Assembly (NCBI GenBank): GCA_028534125.1
Contig: CM052817.1
Location: 102,488,001 to 102,552,000, forward strand
DNA length: 64,000 nt
Reading direction: 5' to 3'
Source: Lama glama
Taxonomy: Eukaryota
Position 1 is the first letter of the stretch, and each line of letters begins with the position of its first letter. Of this stretch, positions 13,150 through 25,000 are shown piece by piece. Below the pieces are notes generated by a model. The model made no database searches, was not told the DNA's origin, and worked only from the letters and a program-made list of their open reading frames with translations. The translations under genes and the position numbers were made by a program.

Positions 13150-13480
13150 GATTAAAGAAACTGGTAGTGTTTAGCCTGGAGAAGAGGAGAATCGTTTTTC
13201 AAATGCAGTTACATGAAAGAGACATGTTCAGTTTGACCAGAAAGATAAAATCAGGACCTACAGGTGAAAGTTACAAGGAAAGAGATTATAATCCACTAAA
13301 AGGAAGAACTTTCTTAAAGAGTTAACCAAAATAATGTTGCTCTTGAGGATAGTGAGTTTGTTGTAAGAATTCGAGAATAAGATGTGTGACTGCTTTGCAG
13401 CAGTGTTATAAGGAAGACGTAAACAGCAGGGGTGGTTGATTTAGGTGATTTTTAAGGTTTCTAATAAATTTGAAATTATT
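13150..13480 (+). mobile_element. CR1/L3 LINE remnant
   Basis: gtgtttagcctggagaagaggaga...gttacaaggaaagagatt...aaggaagaactttct resembles the L3 3' region. Confidence 0.5.
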
Positions 13481-13739
13481 TTATTAGGGGTTTTCCAAAA
13501 AATTTTTGTTGATGACTTCTTTCCCTCTAAGTTTATACAGTGTTTTTTTAAATCATACTATAGTTTTTCAAAGAAGGCATGAATAATTGATTAGTTCTTT
13601 TAACCTTTTTTTAAAAAAACTATTGTGAACAAAATTTGGATTTAGGTATTGGTGTTGTAGTTTCTAAGTTATATCATCTAAGGTAAATTATATCACTTTT
13701 TGGAGATTCAGATTATTAAATATCTAGCATGAGGTTAAT

Positions 13740-13955
13740 GTAAAGCAGGGGTTTAGGAGTTCAATATTTAAGCATACAGGTCTCTAATTTGAATAACTGT
13801 TCAACCAATTTACAAGCACTATAACTATCTCTCTTAGTCTCAGTTTATTATTTTTAATTGGAAAAGAATACTTCTCTGACAGGGTAAGTACTAAATGAGG
13901 TAATGTATATAAAGTGCCTGTCATCATTCAGGGCATATAATGTACTAAATAAATG
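13740..13955 (+). mobile_element. MIR SINE
   Basis: ctctcttagtctcagttt...aaatgaggtaatgtatataaagtgcctg is MIR-core-like. Confidence 0.6.
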
Positions 13956-14109
13956 AATGTGGAAATAAACATAAAATGGAATTTCACTGATTAGGAAAGT
14001 AAAGGTGAGAGTGAAGTGACTTTTCAGAGGTCTCTTGACTGAGAACTAGCACTCAGATCTTCTCTCACCCAAGTCCATTATTTCAGTTAAATCATAATGT
14101 TCCTCCCTC

Positions 14110-14580
14110 CTTGTCTGATTCATTGCACATTAATCATATGTCAGGGAGTGCAGAGATTTAGAAATGAAAGACTAGACCCTTGTTAATGTCTGTCGGGGGT
14201 TGGGGAGGAGGAGGCAGAGGGAGTGACAGCCCAGCACCCTGAGGTGGGCTCTGTGATAGCTGTACAAACAAAGGAGCGCAGTACCTAGCTTAGCATCGAG
14301 AAGGGAGGCTCAGGGAGGGCTTGCGGGGGGAAATAACAGGAGTGGGACAGGCAAAGAATGTGAGGAAGGACTGTGGGAGCAGCCTGTGCAAAGGCTGGTA
14401 TATGAGAACATGGCACATGTTTGAAATTGCAACTAGGTAAGTACTGTTGTTGACATATAGTAAGAAATGAAGTTGGAGAGGTAGGCTGGGCCAGATTATG
14501 AAAGGACCTTTATACCTTTTTCCCCCCCAAGAGTTTAGGTTTTATCTTTAAGGAATAGTGGGGAATCCCTGAAAGAGCAT
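14110..14580 (-). mobile_element. L2 LINE remnant
   Basis: cagcctgtgcaaaggc...gaagttggagaggtaggctgggccagattatgaaagg...gagtttaggttttatctttaagg is typical antisense L2. Confidence 0.6.
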
Positions 14581-14599
14581 TTTGCTCTTAATACACATA

Positions 14600-15140
14600 G
14601 CAGTAGCACATGCTCTCGATATTCCCAGAAAAGTGACAAGTCAAGGTCCCTTGACTCTTTATTCCTACTTACCAATGGTAACTACTTAAAAAGTTCCTTG
14701 TACATTTTCCCAAAATTTTTGTATGCCTTCATTTTTGTATTCACAAGCATCTGTGAATGTATACATATATTTCTTTAAACCAAACACACAATTGATGAAT
14801 AGTAAATGTATTGTTCTCCAACTTACTGTCTGTCGTGATATTTCTTGAATATTTTTCCATATCTGCACACACAGATCTGTGATGTTCCTTATAATATTCC
14901 ATTGTGTAATTATACCATAATTTTTGAATCAGTCCTCTATTGGCAGACAACTAGACATTTTCTAAATTTTTAATTTTGCATATGATGTTGCAGTGAACAT
15001 GCTTGTGCATTTATCTTTATATACTTGTGCAACTTTATCTGCAGGTTAGTTTCTTAGTAAATGAATTACTAAGGTTTGTACATTTTAGAATTTGATAAAC
15101 ATTACCAAATTTTCTCAAAAAGTCATTCTGACTTAATGCA
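14600..15140 (-). mobile_element. Old L1 (L1M-type) 3' fragment
   Basis: tattccattgtgtaattataccataat...agtcctctattggcagacaactag...gcagtgaacatgcttgtgcat is antisense L1 3' end. Confidence 0.65.
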
Positions 15141-16309
15141 TACCTGCTAAAAGTGCATGAAATCATGTTAAGGTTTTTTTCTGAATTTTCCGTTACATTC
15201 TTCATCCAACAAATAATTACTGAGTTCATGCTGCGCACCAAGCACTACGGTGGATAATAGGGAAAGTGTTCAAGGCAGGTGGCATCTCTGCTCTTATGCA
15301 ACCCAGAGTTTAAACCACAGAAAATCTGCAGGCATTTTGTTTGGTCTGTATAGTTTTGGTTACTGTTTTTATAATTGAATTAATTTCCAGTTTTTAACCC
15401 TGCAGTATTCTGTTTTCAGGGAACCATGAACCTCTCGTAGCAATAATGCTCTCTAAAATGCAGGCTTAAAACATAGAAGGCTCCTAACTTGGTGATGTTA
15501 ACTCTTCCCTGGATTGTAAGTCCTTTCAGGGCAGGATCTATGCTTGAACTCTGTACTACATTTTGGAAGGGATGTTAAAAGCCACATGGTCCAGCAGTGC
15601 ACCCTTTTCTTGAATCTCTACAGCATGTCCAACCTGTGTTTGAATACTTCGGTTTGGCGGGAAGCTACCTTCTGTTCAGCCTTTCCAACTTTGTGCATTT
15701 CCCTCTGCTTAATAGAAAGTTACACTGAGGTGTACTCTGCCCCTGACACCCCCCACCCATGGTGGTAGTTCTACCCCTTAGGGTCATCAACATGATTTAA
15801 AATCCAGTTAAGTGACTCGGACTTAAAAAACATTCACTGAATGTGTAGAGAACCAAACTAAATTGAGACTTTGACTCACTAAGTTTTGGGATTGGGATTT
15901 GGATGAAATATACCCTGGGTTAAGTTTGAACATAATTTTCCACCAGGTTACATTAGTCATGCCGTTTTTATGCCTGTGAGTACTTGCACGTGTAAATGGA
16001 AATAACATTTATGTAGCTTTGATATGTAAATGTGGCTCCTTGACTCTCAAGTTTTAAAAATTGAGAGATTTCACATAAAAATCTGCAGACTTCTGGCTTC
16101 TCTTGAAAAATTGGAATGTTTAGCATAACTGGGCAGACTGGGTTTCCTTATGGTGACAGTGTGCTAGAACTGAGCCACCACTGCCCTTTTCCAATGGCTT
16201 TCTACGTACACACAGTGCATAGCACTTCTCAGAGTCTTGTACTAGACCTTTTCTTTTCACACACTTAACATTTCTTGCCATGACCTTGTAGGCATTTGAG
16301 TTGGTCATT

Positions 16310-17238
16310 TAGTGGATTTTCAAACTTAACACGTCCAAAATTGAACTCTGCTCTTAGCTCTAAAAAATCTGTCCTATCTCAGCCTTCCTCACCTCCCTGC
16401 TTCTCATTGCTCAGGGCAAAACTTTCGGGTTATCCTTGACTTCTCTGTTTATCTCCTATCCAGTCTGTCAGAAAATTCTCTTGGGTATACCTTCAAAATA
16501 TTCTCATTTCAGAGACTGCTGCTTTTCTGCTCCACCTCAGGCTTTCTGGTCCACACCACCGTCATTTCTCACCTGAATTTTAGTCGTAATCTTCTAATTG
16601 GTCTCCCTGTCTCTGCCTTTGCTCTTCTACTGACATTGCAATACAGTAGCCAGAAGATCCTTTTAAAATGAAAGATTGTATTACTCTTGTAGTCAAAATC
16701 TACAGCCTCATTTTACTCAGAATAAAAGCGTAAGTCCTTGGTCACCTAACTTAGCAGGTCTGTGCAGTGTGGCAGCTTGTTACCTCGCTGACTTCATCTC
16801 CTGTCCTCCTCCCGGCTTCGCCGTACTGGTTCCCTTCTGTACCTTACCCGTGCCGTGCACCCTTCTGTCTTTGGGCCTCCATCCTCATCTTCCCATTCGT
16901 GTGCAGTGCTCTTCCCAGGTAACTGCGATGGCTAGGTTCCTTAGTTCTTTGCTCAAATGTTACCTTCTCAGTGAGGCCTATGCTGGTTATCTGTTTAAAA
17001 TTGTACCCTGTTTTCTGCAAACCTCTTCCCCACCCATGTACTCCATCTCGGCTCTTTTTCCTCCTACATCTTTTAACATATTATTTACGTATTACTTTTA
17101 TTATCGTTTATTTCCTCCACTGGAGTAAGCTATGCAAGGGAGGAATTTTGGTCTTTTGCTTACTGATGTGTCTCAAACATAAGGAATAATGCCTGGCATA
17201 CAGTTGGTGCTTATTAAACATTCATTGAATAAATGAAT
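16310..17238 (+). mobile_element. L2a-type LINE 3' portion
   Basis: caaacttaacacgtccaaaattgaactc...gctcaaatgttaccttctcagtgaggcct...gcctggcatacagttggtgct...ttgaataaatgaat (diagnostic L2 tail). Confidence 0.8.
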
Positions 17239-17369
17239 TTGAGTTTGCAGTCCCTGGTCAACAGTTTGTCTTTCTTATTGTTCTATTAATCAATTGGTTA
17301 TACAACAGTATTATTTTATTATAAGTTAATATTAATTATATATTTTTACTATGTTAATTAGATAGTAAA

Positions 17370-17585
17370 TACATTTATAGTGCTTATATGAAAAATACTA
17401 CTTTGAGCCTTTTATACTTAATCCTGATATAACCCTGTGAGGTAGAAACTGTACCCACTTTTTAGAGATAAACTGAGGCCAAACTTGCCCACAGTCACAG
17501 CTAGTAAGGGCAAGGAACCAGGGTTCACATTTAAGCAGTTGTTTGGGTACCTGAGTTTGCTCTTAATTATGACACCATGCTGTTC
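17370..17585 (-). mobile_element. MIR SINE
   Basis: aaccctgtgaggtag...aaactgaggc...cttgcccacagtcacagctagtaag. Confidence 0.7.
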
Positions 17586-17869
17586 TTTTTATTTTAAGGA
17601 AATTAGCCTTTTACTATGTGTATTGCAGATCTATTTTCCTTGCTTATAATTTTGTCTTAGTTTTGTGGTATTTTTTGCCTTCCAAAATAGCTAATACAAA
17701 CATATATAGTAAAAATGAGTAATATTTTTCTTTGAGGCTTTAAAAATTTTTTTTAGAAGAGCCTTCTTGATTCTAAGATAAAAAAATAAATTTACTCACT
17801 TTTCCCATTAGTTTTTATTTGTAGGAGAAGCTTAATATAGTCAGATGCATATTTTATATCCCCTTGACA

Positions 17870-18600
17870 ATATTGTGGAGATTTTGTTTGACGGGCACAA
17901 GGCTAAAACCTGAACAGTGGTTAGGATCCTAGTATAGTTGATCCTCTGATCCGCCGTTCTGTATCTGCAGATTCAACCAATCTTGGATTGAAAACATTTG
18001 GGAAAAAAAATTTCCAGGAAGTTCCCAAAACTTAAATTTGCCACATGCTGGAAACTATGTAGCATTTGCATTGTATTTACTGCTATTTACATAGCATTTA
18101 CCTTGTATTAGGTATTATATGTGATCTGCAAATGATTTAAAGTACATGGGGAGATGTGCATAGGTTATATGCTAATACTGTGCTATTTTATATGAGACTT
18201 GTGCATGCACAGGAGTCTGGGACCAGTCCCCTGTGGATGCTGAGTAATGAGGAGTGATTGTACTAATTCAAGTAAGAAATAATTATCTGAGAACAGGCTG
18301 TGGGGATAGACAGGAAAAAATTGATTTCAAGAAATATTTAGAAGGGCAAATAAGCAGGTCTTTGTGACTGGTTAGCTGTGAATCAAAGGAGGGACTCAGG
18401 GTTAAGTCCAAGTTTCTGGATGTGACAGTTTGAAGGAGAGGGAGTATGTATGCTGTGGTGCCATTTATTGATTGGATGAGCTAACGGAGGTAAGATAAAA
18501 CAGGAAGGAACAGATTTGAAAGATAAAATGACATTCAGTTTTGGATATGTTGAATTTGAGATGCCTATTGAAAATCTCATTCTCAGTGCTTGTTAGGCAG
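17870..18600 (-). mobile_element. L2 remnant interrupted by the MER2 element
   Basis: gacattcagttttggatatgttgaatttgagatgcctattgaaaatc is a well-conserved antisense L2 segment. Confidence 0.65.
17935..18260 (-). mobile_element. MER2-family Tigger (TcMar) non-autonomous DNA transposon
   Basis: catagcatttaccttgtattaggtattata...atgatttaaagtac...gatgtgcataggttatatgctaatact matches recalled MER2. Flanked by TA at 17933-34 and 18261-62. Confidence 0.8.
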
Positions 18601-19284
18601 ACTTAGTAGGCAGTTTGAGTGATGATTCAGCTTAATAAATGACTCATAGCTTATTAAAGAACACTGGACTGCTGAATTTAAGGAAATGAGGCAGATGGCA
18701 GGTGGAAACTCTATGGGGGCGTGAGCCACTTTCTCCTGCCTTGTTTTCTTCAGAATTACATCACTGAATGCAATAGGATAGCTTGGGAGGACCTTTAAGA
18801 CTGTAAAAAGATGGTGCGGTGTGTATGCTGCGGATGTGTTTGTAGCTGTATTCATCGTCACTCAGAAAAGTTCAGGTATTTTAAAGCTAGGAGGGACTTT
18901 CAAGGTCACCTGATTTTGGCGATGGCAGTTTGTCGTTTCTGAACACTTTGTTACTCCTGCTGCTTGCTGTTTTTCTTCTCTCCCTTACACTAACCTCTGT
19001 TTTCCCACTTTTATTTTTATTGTTCCTTTTCCCTTTTCACTTTTGCCCCCCCCCCCCCATTCTCGTAGCTTAGGCCTTCTAAAGGTACTGCTTAATTCAT
19101 CAGAGATATTAAAAGAGGTTTCCAGCTTCCACTGTAGAGAACTTTGGGGGCAGGGCTGCAGTGATCACCAAATGCTGCAGCCACAGCTATGCTTGGTTTT
19201 CTGCAACTCACAGAACTGCTTCATGGATTCTGGTGCTCCATGTCATGAACACAGCTTTTAAACTTTGCTTTAGGAACTGCAACC

Positions 19285-19435
19285 ATGAATGAAGAAAACG
19301 TAGAGGGAACAAATGGATGCAGTAAAGTCCGAACTGGTACTCAGAATGAAGCGGCATTACTTGCTTTGATGGAAAAGACTGGTTACAACATGGTTCAAGA
19401 AAATGGGCAGAGGAAATTTGGTGGTCCTCCTCCAG
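19285..19435 (+). CDS. RBM46: RBM46 first coding exon (exon starts at 19274)
   Basis: Acceptor ctttgctttag|GAACTGCAACC ATG (A at -3). Translates [50 protein letters not shown]; the [11 protein letters not shown] motif is typical of the hnRNP R/Q-A1CF-RBM47 family. Phase-1 donor CAG|GTGTGG. Confidence 0.96.
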
Positions 19436-19849
19436 GTGTGGATTTGTTTATGTTCAAAAAAATTGAATCTTTAATGTGGCCATTTACATTAGGTATATAT
19501 ATTTCCACAACTATCCCCAAAAATAGCTCTTTCCTTGTAACCACTTTCAGACCGTAGCAATCATTTTTACTGTTATGAGGGAAATGAGGTATAGCCATGT
19601 CTTTCCTTTACATATTTCCAACTCTGCTCTTGGTTTAAGAAGCGGTTGAGAAAGAAGTCAGGATGGGGCCAGTGGGGAAAGGGCACTCTGGCTATTAAAG
19701 GGGAGGTCATTTGGGGAAGAATTTGAAAGAGCAGTGAGTAGAGGAGTGGTGTTTTTACTAGATGCAAACCAGATGCAAACAGGTTATAATGTTTCGCCTT
19801 TGTACCAAAAGCCAGTGCAATTTCTTCACTCAAAATCTTCCAATTAACT

Positions 19850-20295
19850 TTCCATAAGACTTAATACACAGTCTTGGCCTCTGGCTACATCCATGGCCAC
19901 ATTGCCTGTCATTTCACTCCTCCCTCAAGTGTGCATTTCCCGTAGACACCAACATGCTCTGTGTTGTTCTAATACACAAAACACTTGCTTTTTCTTTTTA
20001 TTTCCAATGTATTCTCAAGGCTCATTTCCCTTCATTCAGGCCTCTGCTTAAACCTCACGTGCTTAGAGATTTACCTGACTACCAAAAGTATCAACCCTTC
20101 TGTGGCCTTATGTTTCTTCATAGTGCCCATTGTTCATTGTCTCCTTTCTCTGTTGAAGATGAGCTTCATGAGGGAAAGGGATTCTATTTTGTTCACTGTT
20201 GTATGTTTACTGTTGTATCCTCAACACTTATAATAGTGCGTGGCACGTAGAAGGCTCACAGTAAATTAGGGGAATGGATGATTGAATAGTGAACA
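19850..20295 (+). mobile_element. L2 LINE 3' fragment
   Basis: ttcattcaggcctctgcttaaacctcac...gagcttcatgagggaaagggattc...gtgcgtggcacgtagaaggctcacagtaaat...gaatggatgattgaat. Confidence 0.7.
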
Positions 20296-20332
20296 TAAAT
20301 ATCTTATTAGAATTTGTTTTTTTTGTCTTCAG

Positions 20333-20800
20333 GTTGGGAAGGTCCGCCTCCACCTAGAGGCTGTGAAGTTTTTGTAGGAAAAATACCTCGTGATATGTAT
20401 GAAGATGAGTTAGTTCCTGTATTTGAAAGAGCTGGGAAGATATATGAATTTCGACTTATGATGGAATTTAGTGGTGAAAATCGAGGTTATGCTTTTGTGA
20501 TGTATACTACGAAAGAAGAAGCCCAGTTAGCCATCAGAATTCTTAATAATTATGAGATTCGACCAGGGAAGTTTATTGGTGTGTGTGTAAGCTTGGATAA
20601 CTGCAGATTATTCATTGGAGCTATTCCAAAGGAAAAGAAGAAGGAAGAAATTTTGGATGAAATGAAGAAAGTTACAGAAGGAGTTGTAGATGTCATCGTT
20701 TATCCAAGTGCAACTGATAAAACCAAAAATCGGGGTTTTGCATTTGTTGAATATGAATCTCACAGAGCTGCTGCTATGGCTAGGAGAAAGCTAATTCCAG
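20333..20800 (+). CDS. RBM46: RBM46 second coding exon (RRM1 and most of RRM2)
   Basis: ttttgtcttcag|GT TGG ... CCAG|GTAAAC, 468 nt, phase 1-1. RNP2/RNP1 motifs [14 protein letters not shown] and [14 protein letters not shown]. Confidence 0.98.
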
Positions 20801-21293
20801 GTAAACGTATCCTTTAAAGGTTATGTTTCCATGTTCACCTTACTATACATGCGGAAAAATGACAGTACCCAGTACCTCATAGATCAATATTATGAAAATA
20901 TGTAGTACCCTTAAAGAGGAATAAAGATTAAGGAAGTAAAATAAATCAAATGATTCTAAAAGACATGAAGTAGTTTCTATAAAATGAGTCATTATTTATA
21001 ATACTTCACTCGTTTACTTTCCTGGATGTATACACTTTTACTGAGCTGTTAATTGTTGTTTGATGACAGTCCAAAGGACAGTACCTGATTTTTCTAATAA
21101 AGGTCTTCCTCTTGACTCTTAAAATTCTGGCTGGGTTCACCTTAGTAAAAATTTTTGTGTAAGTAGGAGAGTGAATGCTTAACCACAAATATAGTTGATA
21201 TGTATTTGAGCCTATGCCTTTTTTGGAGAAACAGTTTTAGTTAATTTTGACTTTGTTTTAATTGTCTTCAGATTAATTTCTTCTTCTTTACAG

Positions 21294-22076
21294 GCACCTT
21301 CCAGCTCTGGGGCCATACTATCCAGGTGGACTGGGCTGACCCAGAGAAAGAGGTTGATGAGGAAACCATGCAGAGAGTTAAGGTTCTCTATGTACGAAAT
21401 TTAATGATCTCAACTACAGAGGAAACAATTAAAGCCGAATTCAATAAATTCAAACCTGGTGCAGTTGAACGAGTAAAGAAACTTAGAGATTATGCTTTTG
21501 TTCACTTTTTCAACCGAGATGATGCCGTGTCTGCTATGTCTGTTATGAATGGAAAATGCATTGATGGAGCAAGTATTGAGGTAACACTGGCAAAACCAGT
21601 AAATAAAGAAAACACTTGGAGACAGCATCTTAATGGTCAGATTAGCCCCAATTCTGAAAACCTGATTGTGTTTGCTAACAAAGAAGAGAGCTACCCAAAA
21701 ACTCTAGGCAAGCCACTAACTCTTCCAGCTCGTCTCAATGGCCAGCATAGCCCAAGCCCCACTGAAATTGAAAGATGCGCTTACCCATTTTATCCTGGAA
21801 CAAAGCTTACTCCAATTAGTATGTATTCTTTAAAATCTAATCATTTCAATTCTGCAGTAATGCATTTGGATTATTACTGCAACAAAAATAATTGGGCACC
21901 ACCAGAATATTATTTATATTCAACAACAAGTCAAGATGGGAAAGTACTCTTGGTGTATAAAATTGTCATTCCTGCTATTGCAAATGGATCCCAGAGTTAC
22001 TTCATGCCAGACAAACTCTGCACTACGTTAGAAGATGCAAAGGAACTGGCGGCCCAGTTTACATTACTTCATTTGG
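21294..22076 (+). CDS. RBM46: RBM46 third coding exon (RRM3 and dsRBD-like domain)
   Basis: cttctttacag|GC ACC ... TTG G|GTAAGT, 783 nt, phase 1-1. [14 protein letters not shown] for RRM3; [20 protein letters not shown]...[13 protein letters not shown] is the DND1/A1CF-type dsRBD-like region. Confidence 0.98.
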
Positions 22077-25000
22077 GTAAGTTTAAAAATACTTTAAATA
22101 ATATTGTAGAATATGAAATTAGGAAATACTGTAGGTTATTTATACATTTATTTCTTTTGAACTCAACATTAGTGGTGAGTATTTAACATGAATTTTACCT
22201 CAATTTTAGGAATTTGTGGAAAATTTTGTTGAGACTGTTCTTCTGTGTAATCTTCCTGTATCTAGCTTTTTAAACATTATTTACTTGGTGTGGGGGAAAC
22301 ATTTGGATTTGGTTGACTTTGGAATTCACAATCCTGTTTCATCAATTTATTGTTTTCATAATGACTGATCCTCATTTGCAATAATAATTTCTATATAAGT
22401 TATGGGATTTTTTTTCTTAAACCAGTTTATAAAGTGTTCCTGCATATTTGATGAAGTCTACACAATAATATATTTTTGAAGGCAGGGATAGGGATTTGGT
22501 GAAATCAGAGGCATTTCAGATGGGTCATGTGTAGACGTAGCCTTATGCTCTCCAATCTGGAAATTTGTCATTACTGCTCATGAAAGACAAAAAACATCAT
22601 TAAGAGATGTTTATGAGCATTCTCGTTAATGTCATGCTTTAAAAAAAGTTTCTCTAAAGCATTTGAGGGCTAATTAAGAAAGCTTTGGGCCACATGCTAA
22701 CTAAATATTTGGCATTGTGAAGGAAGAGAATGTCTCTCTGACATTTTCCTGCTGCCTATTGTTTTACTGTTATGTTGGCCTCTCCCCTTACCCCTTCCCA
22801 CTCCTGCCCCACACCAGTTTATCTCACTTTTTTAATGCAGCTGTAGATTTCCGTTGGTTATTACTTTGTGCCCAAAATAATATTAGAAGAATAATGCCCT
22901 CTTGAAAATAACAATAGAAAGGAAAATTCTCCTACGAAGGATTATAATTGTTTCTTGATTATAATTGTCAAACTTGTAGCTTAAAATTGGTTTGTTGTAT
23001 AGTTTCAGGATCTTACTACTGACACTTATATCTACTTAAAATTGATATTCTCAGTTGTTAAGAAAAGGTAATCAAAAAGGAAAAACTGGTAAAGGGAGAC
23101 TAGTTTTTATACATTGTATAGACTTCTTCCCATCATGGCCACTCCCTTGGTATTATGCATATCTTAAGGAGATTCTGATTTGGACCTGGCATCAGAATTT
23201 TAGGGCTGAAGGTAGGGCTTTCTGCAAGAAGCTTTTCAGCAGTGTCCTCAGTTATTAGTTTGGAAATATTTGGGAATTTCACAATCATCTAAGTTAGTAA
23301 ATTCTTAGGTATGATTTCCATTAATAAACAAAATAGAAGCCTTCCATTTTCTTTTAATAAAGGCAGTCCAAGTTAAAGATAAAATTAGGTGGATAGCAAG
23401 TGATACACATTAGGGTTCTTAGAGAAGAATGGATCAAATTACTCTTTTGGAGTAGAATATTATGTATTCAGTTGCCGAGCAAGATACTTGTGTGTGATCT
23501 AACTTGGTGATGCTGAAACATTTTATTTCTATCTACTCGTTCCCTTACAAATTTAACTTAAATTTTCAAGATTCTTAAAACAGTCTTTTTAGTTTATTTT
23601 ATGTCACATTTTCTGTTTAGACATGGTTAACCCATCTACTTTTAATTCCATTATTAAGATGTTTTTTAGGACCATAGTTAACTCCTACTCACCTATAGTT
23701 CTGAAAGAAAAGCCATTTACAGTTCCTTTATTCCTAACTTCATTATCTTCATTAGGGATACAGTTAGCTTCAATAAAGGAAATTCTAAGGGGGCACAGGC
23801 AGTTTGCTTTAGTCATCTATTTCAGATTTTATTAACATTACATCAGAACTGCTAATAATAAGAAATTGAACAATTTGTGTTTTATATATTTTTTCAGTTT
23901 TAATTCACCATCAGAGACAAGAGCTAAGATCTAAATATAAGCCAAAAATTTCAATGACTAGGGCTGGTAAACACAAGGCCTAAGACCTTGTCTGCAGACG
24001 GTAACACAAAAATCCTTATTGTGATTGACTAGAAATATGAGTGAAGTTTGAGTTAGGAGGCAGCTGAGGAGGAAGAGAAAAAATTTAGGGCAGTGAGAGA
24101 ATCAGAGATCAGGGGTCTGGGACGCTGTGATAAGAAAACAAAAATACAACGTTCAGAAATCATGAAAATAGCAGGAACTGTAGACAGCCAGGAGGTAACA
24201 TATTGCCACACGGCAGGTTAAGAGTAGACCAAAACCTGTGGCAGTGTTTTGGCTTGCTTTCTCCTTCTGTTAATTTTGGATCCTCTGGGCTTCAAAGAGC
24301 TGATGTCTTTTTAGGTACAGTTCCTTTTAGATAAAAGGTTGCGGGGTTTCTTTGGGTGGCTCCGGGTTGAGATGAGTTGGTGGTAGTGGTGTGTTCTTAG
24401 AGGGGAAGAGGTGCTGTGTCATTGATATCCTGCATGTTTCAAGCATTGGATTTTTCTGAGATCTTGAGAGGTTGTTACTGGTTCCTTGAGGTCCTCATAT
24501 GGAATTCATAAAGTGTTAAATCATCTTTTGGCTCTATTTTCTTGAAGAGTTTGCATCTGGTTTTCTAGATAGTGAATTTAACTACTACTCTAAGGTGTTT
24601 TCTTTGGGTATAGTGAGTTTTTTTTTTTAAATTTGCTTTGACACTCTTCTGTTACCCCCTCAGTTTTGATGCTATTTCGAGCATTACTATTAAGTCTTAC
24701 CTTGATGATCTTTGACTATTAAATGTAATAGAAATAGTCATTTACCTTTTTATTTCAGAGCTCTTTAAGAATGTGTCTTTACTATTCACATTGTTTTGTC
24801 ATTACTATGCCCATTTTTCAAGTTTGAGGGAAAAAATTAGACTTTATTTAGTTAAATGAGTATCATTGGTGTTGAGGAAAATAGAATTTTTTTTCAAGGG
24901 CTAGCGGGCATCTATATTATATAAGTACTAAAAATCAGAGTACCTCTGGTCACCATGTAGGGCTCTTACCAGAATCCTAAGTGTAGTTGATGTGTAGTAG

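Noticed and set aside
18900..18908. TCAAGGTCA NR5A/ERR/GCNF-type half-site (also 54611-54619)
   Set aside because: One lies in MIR-like sequence and the other in an L1 tail; no support for function. I noticed no convincing DR5/DR2 RARE, though this was not an exhaustive scan.
21262..21293. Alternative AG 22 nt upstream of the acceptor at 21293
   Set aside because: It would give an immediate stop (G|AT TAA) and there is no evidence of use.
22077..22186. ORF read-through past the third coding exon (GKFKNTLNN...)
   Set aside because: A consensus GTAAGT donor lies at 22077; the continuation is AT-rich intron. The same applies to 19436-19557.
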